Positions 60,778 to 64,000 of a stretch of DNA of 64,000 nucleotides are shown here, piece after piece. A program made the position numbers and the translations under genes. Source of the DNA: an uncultured bacterium. Its GTDB lineage: Bacteria; Krumholzibacteriota; Krumholzibacteriia; JACNKJ01. The stretch is taken from contig CAVOFT010000001.1 in the NCBI GenBank assembly GCA_963695095.1, positions 2,016,001 through 2,080,000 on the forward strand. Direction: 5' to 3'. The notes beneath the pieces are model-generated. The model had not been told where the DNA came from and searched no databases. It was given only the letters and a program-made list of their open reading frames with translations. Position 1 is the stretch's first letter, and every line of letters starts with the position of its first letter.

Positions 60778-62208
60778 ATGATCCGTAGCGGGATGCTCGT
60801 GGTCTCAGCGCTCTTCATGCTTCCGCTCGGCGCGCCTCCGGCCGCCGCGCAAGCTGATGACGAGCTTGCAAAAGTCCAACGCTTCGAGGGCGGCAGCATC
60901 CGCCTCTCGCTCGGCGCGGCGAGTCTGGCCCTGCTCGGCCCCGGCGTCGCGACCCAGCAGGCCAGCGTGGCCCCCATCTACCCCGGGCCGGGACGCCAGC
61001 TCCACAACCCGGCCTTGCTCGGCATGCTGCGCCGTCCCCTGCTCGCCGCGGATCTCGCGCCGCGGCTGGACCTGGACCTCGGACGTCTCGTCGACTTGGA
61101 CGCGCGGCTCGGCGAGGAGACCGATGCCCTGCTCGCCGATCATCTCGCCGACGGCGGTCAGCTCGTCGCCAGCAGCGGCGAGGCCGGCCTCTACCATCCG
61201 GGCGGACTGGGCGCTGCCACCCTCATCCTGCCCGGGCGCCAGGGCACCCTGGCCCTGGGCATCGATGCCCCCTTCAGCCTCGACCTGGACCTGCTCGCCA
61301 CCGGCATCCGGGCCTGGGCGGACATCGAGAAGACCGTCGAGGACCACAGCGAGACCATCGCGCTGCGCGCAGATCTCGACCTGGCCGCCCGCATCGCTCT
61401 GCGCGCGCGCCGCTACAGCCTCGCCGTGGGCCGCGAGCTGGCCCCCGGCCTCTGGCTCGGCGCCGGACTGGATTGCCTCGAGCTCAGCGCGAGCGTCGAC
61501 GGCCTCGCCGACACCGAGGGCATCATGGCCACCGGCGGCCGCGAGTTCGCTTTCGGCGATCCCAACGATCCCTGGGAGAACTCCCTGGATCAGCGCCTGA
61601 CGGGCGACTACGCCGGCCGCGCCTGGACGCTGCGCCTGGGCCTGGGCTGGCGGCCGCTGCGGGCGCTGGCCATCGGACTCGTCTACCAGCGCGCGCCTGC
61701 CTTCGCGCTGGCGGGCGATGCCGACCTCTCCCTGCGTCGCCTCGCCGCCTACGCAGATGGCGGCATCGATCCCAGCGAGCTATCGCTCTCGAGGCCGACG
61801 GAAACGGAGCTCGTCGAGAGCCCCGTGGACGAGACGCTCGCCGTCGAACTGCCGAGCAGCCTGAGCCTGGGCATCGCCGGCAGCCTCGGCCCCCTCACCG
61901 CGAGCCTAGACGGCAGCCTCTTCCAGGGCGATTTCCGCGTGGGCTATCTCGATGCCGAGGGCCGCCTGCGCCCGGCCGGGCTCCTCAAGGCGGGTCTGGC
62001 CACTGGGCCCCTCTCGCTCTCGCTGGGCCTGCTCTTCGTCCGGCCTGAACTGCGCTTCGACGGCAAGACCGAGACCTTTGGCCTGCTGCCCCTGCCCCTC
62101 CTGGGACTGGGCGGGGGTGCGCGCCTCAACGAGCATCTGCGCCTGGACGCCGCCCTCGGTGCGGCGCCACTGCCCACGCTGCGCCTGAGCGCGGCGCTGC
62201 TCTTCTAG
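60778..62208 (+). CDS. Putative outer-membrane beta-barrel protein
   Basis: AAGGAG RBS, signal peptide (AAAQ), HNPALL motif, alternating amphipathic strands, C-terminal F. Confidence 0.7.
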   Translation: MIRSGMLVVSALFMLPLGAPPAAAQADDELAKVQRFEGGSIRLSLGAASLALLGPGVATQQASVAPIYPGPGRQLHNPALLGMLRRPLLAADLAPRLDLDLGRLVDLDARLGEETDALLADHLADGGQLVASSGEAGLYHPGGLGAATLILPGRQGTLALGIDAPFSLDLDLLATGIRAWADIEKTVEDHSETIALRADLDLAARIALRARRYSLAVGRELAPGLWLGAGLDCLELSASVDGLADTEGIMATGGREFAFGDPNDPWENSLDQRLTGDYAGRAWTLRLGLGWRPLRALAIGLVYQRAPAFALAGDADLSLRRLAAYADGGIDPSELSLSRPTETELVESPVDETLAVELPSSLSLGIAGSLGPLTASLDGSLFQGDFRVGYLDAEGRLRPAGLLKAGLATGPLSLSLGLLFVRPELRFDGKTETFGLLPLPLLGLGGGARLNEHLRLDAALGAAPLPTLRLSAALLF

Positions 62209-62218
62209 CCCAAGGACG

Positions 62219-64000
62219 ATGGCGATGCCCCGCACCCCGCACTGCCCGCCTGCCCGCGTCTCGCGCCGTGCGGCGCTTTCCGCCGTCCTCCTGGCCGCGT
62301 TCGCGGCGCCCGCGCCCGCCGGACTGGGCGACGTGCACCCGACCCAGCTGCCGGAGGGCCTCGTCGCGAGCACGGACAGCCTCGTCATCCGCTGGGCGGA
62401 GACGAGCAACTGTCAGCTGGAAGTGGGGCCGGCTCCGGATGTCCTGCTCCCGCTGGCCGGCGCGAGCGGCGGCCCGGGGCTCCTCGCCTTCGTACCGGGG
62501 GCCCTGAACCTGGGCGCCGGGGCCTGGGCCGCGCGCCTCGTCAGCGCGAACGGCGCCGACAGCAGCCTGCCTTTCGTCCTGTTCATCGAGGCCGAAACCG
62601 CACCGCGCATGATCGCCCCCGCCAACGGCAGCGAGATTCCCGCCGGCGGCGCCATGCTGCGCTGGGAGCCGGTGCTGGGCGTGCCCTACTACCATGTGCT
62701 GTTCAGCGACCAGGAGATCGTCATCGAGGAGAACGAGGAGGGCGATCCGGTGGTCGCCGGGGCGGCGCTCACCTGGCAGGCGATCACCTCGGCCACGGCC
62801 ATCGCCTACGGCGACATCGACCCCAGCGGCTTCTTCACGGCGATGAACGGCACCGCACCGCCACTCGTGGCCGGCGCCGACTACAACTGGCTCGTGCTCA
62901 ACAACTACGGCGCCAATCCGGCGCTGTCGAGCACGCGCCAGGCCGGCGTCGCCGCCTTTCATGTGGCACCGACAGCGCTCGCCGCCCCCGTCCTCCTCGC
63001 CCCTGCCTCGGACGACAGCCTCGCCGCACCCAGCATCGCCTTCGCGTGGAGCGCGGTGCCCGAGGCGAGCCGCTACCAGTTCACCCTCTCGCGCCTCGTC
63101 GACGAGGATGGCAACGAGGGAGCGGTGGGCGTCTACGACCAGATCACCAGCCAGCCCCTCATCGACCTGCCGGCGGCCAGCCTGCTGGTGGATTCGCGCT
63201 ACCGCTGGAAGGTCTACGCCCTCGACGAGGTCGGCCAGGGTGCCGTCAGCGCCCCCAGCGAATTCAGCTACCGGATCGAGATGGGTCGCTTGCAGGTGCT
63301 GACACGCAATCAGGACGGCCAGGCGCTGCCCTACGTGGAACTCGACCCTGACGCCCCTGGGCGGCGGCGGCAGCGCGCTGCCCGCCATCACCGGCGGCAG
63401 CGGCGGCTGGGACGATGAACTCGTGGCGGGCGATTACCGCGTCGCGGCCAGCAAGGACGGCCACGAAGGGGCGATCGCCGAGGCGAGCATCGTCGCCGGC
63501 GATCTCTGCGAATTGACGCTGGTGCTCGCCGAGAGCCCAGCGACGCTCGCCGGCAGCGTACGCGATCCCCAGCAGCAGCCCCTGCCCTTCGCGATCGTCA
63601 CCGCGCGCAACACGCAGACCGGGGCCTTGCGGCAGATCGAGGCGAGCGCAGGCGGCGCCTTCGCGCTCGGCGTTGGCCCTGGCAACTGGCGCCTCCGCGC
63701 CGCCCGCAACGGCTATCATGCCACCGACAGTCTCCTCGTCACGGCAGCAGCCGGCGCCTATCTGAATCTGCCCAGCGCCCTGCATCTCGCTCCCAACGCC
63801 TGCTCCCTTGCGGGCAGCGTCCGCAACTCGCACGGCCAGCCGCTGCTGGCTGCCCGCGTGACCGCCAGCAAGGGCGGCGAGTCGCTGCAATTCCTGACGG
63901 CGGCCGACGGGCACTTCCAGTTCAGCGTCGACGCCGGCACCTGGATCCTGAGCGCCAGCAAGACCGGCTACGTGCCGCCGGCGCCGCGCAGCGTGACGCT
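62219..64000 (+). CDS. Large secreted protein with Ig-like and carboxypeptidase-regulatory-like repeats; frameshift at about 63344; incomplete at the window end
   Basis: Signal peptide; APVLLAP...YRWKVYA modules; after the shift, repeats LAGSVR...QPL..A.V.A...GAF...V..G.W.L.A.K.GY. Confidence 0.75.

Overview
A very GC-rich chromosomal segment of a diderm bacterium, made mostly of housekeeping and envelope genes on the minus strand. The LpxC-FabZ fusion, bacillithiol genes, DUF4837, mcsA-mcsB-clpC-bamA synteny and a 'SSWSELKALY' C-terminal tail suggest an FCB-group candidate lineage such as Krumholzibacteriota, Latescibacterota or Eisenbacteria (inference). Contents in order: LPS core and dTDP-sugar genes; a nadB-memo-methyltransferase-bshC-bshB1-bshA-Minf_1886-add-cupin cluster; a sigma-54-preceded lipoprotein; the lipid A / OM biogenesis run (bamA-skp-lpxD-lpxC/fabZ-lpxA-gnnA-like-lpxB-DUF374-lpxK); mcsA-mcsB-clpC; lolCDE, lysS, yjbQ and prfB (programmed frameshift); an inserted secreted protein with a structured leader; coaE, polA, nadD, bamD, rimO, ftsK; accB-pilT-accC; aroQ, aroB; an ECF sigma/anti-sigma pair; tatA; a heterodimeric ABC exporter; a DegT aminotransferase; and an OM barrel followed by a large secreted protein running off the end. 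I saw no tRNA, rRNA, CRISPR or mobile element. The most notable observations are an apparently catalytically dead McsB, a probable N-methyl-bacillithiol operon with a shortened BshC, a candidate C-terminal sorting signal with a multi-stem 5' leader, and a promoter-plus-terminator arrangement before bamA. Most frameshifts, especially in clpC, look like assembly consensus artefacts. Family calls come from motif recognition, not database searches.
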